64,000 nucleotides of DNA from Bacilli bacterium (GTDB taxonomy: Bacteria; Bacillota_I; Bacilli_A; RF39; UBA660). The notes beneath the pieces are model-generated. The model was given only the letters and a program-made list of their open reading frames with translations, was not told the DNA's origin and ran no database searches. Both the position numbers and the translations under genes were made by a program. Where the stretch lies: the NCBI GenBank assembly GCA_017406955.1, contig JAFQXM010000007.1, positions 236,009 to 300,008 of the forward strand, in the 5' to 3' direction. Shown one piece after another: positions 63,305 through 64,000 of this stretch (position 1 is the stretch's first letter; each line of letters opens with the position of its first letter).

Positions 63305-64000
63305 ATGAAAACTAAAATAACAGGTTATCCAAGTATGGATTTACCACATCAAAAAAATTCTAGTTTATTAGAAAAAAAGCCAATAATTCCAAGTATAGAT
63401 ATGGTTACTATATTAAAAATGCTAAGTAGAAAAAATAGAGATGAAAAAGCTATAAACTGTGATGAATTGATTGCTACGTATCAAGAGTTAATTGATGATT
63501 CTCATACTCTTTATTTATCATTTAAAGAATTGGGTGTAAAAAAAGGGGATATTGTAACAATATCATTACCAAGTAATTATCAAGCAATCTCATCGTTTTT
63601 AGCATTAAATGAGTTAGGTGCAATAACAACTTTTGTTGATACTTATGCAAATAAGGAGGAGTTGCTATCATATTTAAATAATTATGAATCACCAATACTA
63701 ATAAATTATGATAAGACAAAAGAACAAAATGAATATATTAAAAACAATTCACATGTAAGAAATATCATTACTTTGAGCAATAAATTATCAAATATTAAAA
63801 ATATAGGTGAAGACTACCATAAAAATAATAGTGATGATTTTATAAATTTTCACACATTAGGTAGTTTGTCAAAATATCAGAAAGATAGAATTCATCTACC
63901 AAATAAGGGGAGTGATGATTCTTTAATTCTGTATACTAGCGGCTCTACAGGACAGCCTAAAGCGGTAGTTCTCACTAATAAAAATATTTTATCTGCGCAA
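63305..64000 (+). CDS. AMP-dependent synthetase/ligase (adenylate-forming enzyme), 5' part only
   Basis: Not in the track because it runs off the window. GGGGG RBS, ATG at 63305, open to the end. AMP-binding signature LILYTSGSTGQPKAVVLTN. Confidence 0.8.
   Translation, partial: MKTKITGYPSMDLPHQKNSSLLEKKPIIPSIDMVTILKMLSRKNRDEKAINCDELIATYQELIDDSHTLYLSFKELGVKKGDIVTISLPSNYQAISSFLALNELGAITTFVDTYANKEELLSYLNNYESPILINYDKTKEQNEYIKNNSHVRNIITLSNKLSNIKNIGEDYHKNNSDDFINFHTLGSLSKYQKDRIHLPNKGSDDSLILYTSGSTGQPKAVVLTNKNILSAQ

Noticed and set aside
63522-63719. 65-aa minus-strand ORF.
   Set aside because: It is antisense to the AMP-binding enzyme ORF, which carries an unambiguous signature motif.
1-64000. Alternative genetic code (TGA = Trp, Mollicutes-like), suggested by the extreme AT content.
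   Set aside because: All conserved long genes are uninterrupted under the standard code, Trp positions are TGG, and TGA is used as a terminator (for example at 12029-12031, directly before fmt). Cell-wall and sporulation genes are also present.
1-64000. CRISPR arrays, rRNA genes, IS elements, transposases, integrases, prophage genes.
   Set aside because: I saw no regularly spaced direct repeats and no recombinase or transposase motifs in any frame. The only stable RNA gene found is tRNA-Gly. This is an eye-scan only, so short or degenerate elements could have been missed.

Overview
Very AT-rich (by eye about three quarters A+T), densely packed chromosomal segment, coded almost entirely on the plus strand. 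It comes from a Gram-positive Bacillota (Firmicutes) bacterium using the standard genetic code: Trp is TGG and TGA acts as a stop. All calls come from reading motifs by eye; nothing was searched.

Most of the window is housekeeping:
- a T-box-controlled DUF1653-serS operon
- miaB-ymcA-cotE, a Bacillus-type synteny that implies an endospore former
- rpsP-KH, cdsA-rseP
- a priA...fmt...rlmN-PP2C-PASTA kinase-rsgA-rpe backbone
- tex, a Crp-family regulator divergent from nrdD-nrdG-dut (anaerobic lifestyle)
- a FemAB-type transferase, a heterodimeric ABC exporter, mtnN, tRNA-Gly(UCC), typA
- rpmB (59 aa, absent from the ORF track)
- a LysM-GH25 muramidase, dnaE-lspA-rluD, folE

The most notable content:
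1. A 2544-aa three-module cyclic beta-1,2-glucan synthase (Cgs/ChvB/NdvB-type: GT84 + cyclization domain + GH94). It sits next to an 879-aa OpgH/cellulose-synthase-like GT2 membrane synthase that carries an extracytoplasmic C-terminal domain.
2. Two divergent proteins whose motif order resembles PARP/diphtheria-toxin-type (H-Y-E) ADP-ribosyltransferases. One occupies the slot where def normally sits. The other lies in an operon with femX and a transglutaminase-like Cys/His protein.
3. A triple WalR-type TGTAAA-N5 array upstream of a YocH-like 3D-domain protein.
4. A perfect 7-2-7 palindrome between the cysteine-free Crp-family regulator and nrdDG.
5. An orphan MspI/HinP1I-like endonuclease gene with no canonical start codon, beside the tRNA.
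6. A deletion scar fusing a helD N-terminal fragment to a radical-SAM C-terminal fragment.

No CRISPR array, rRNA, transposase or integrase was seen.
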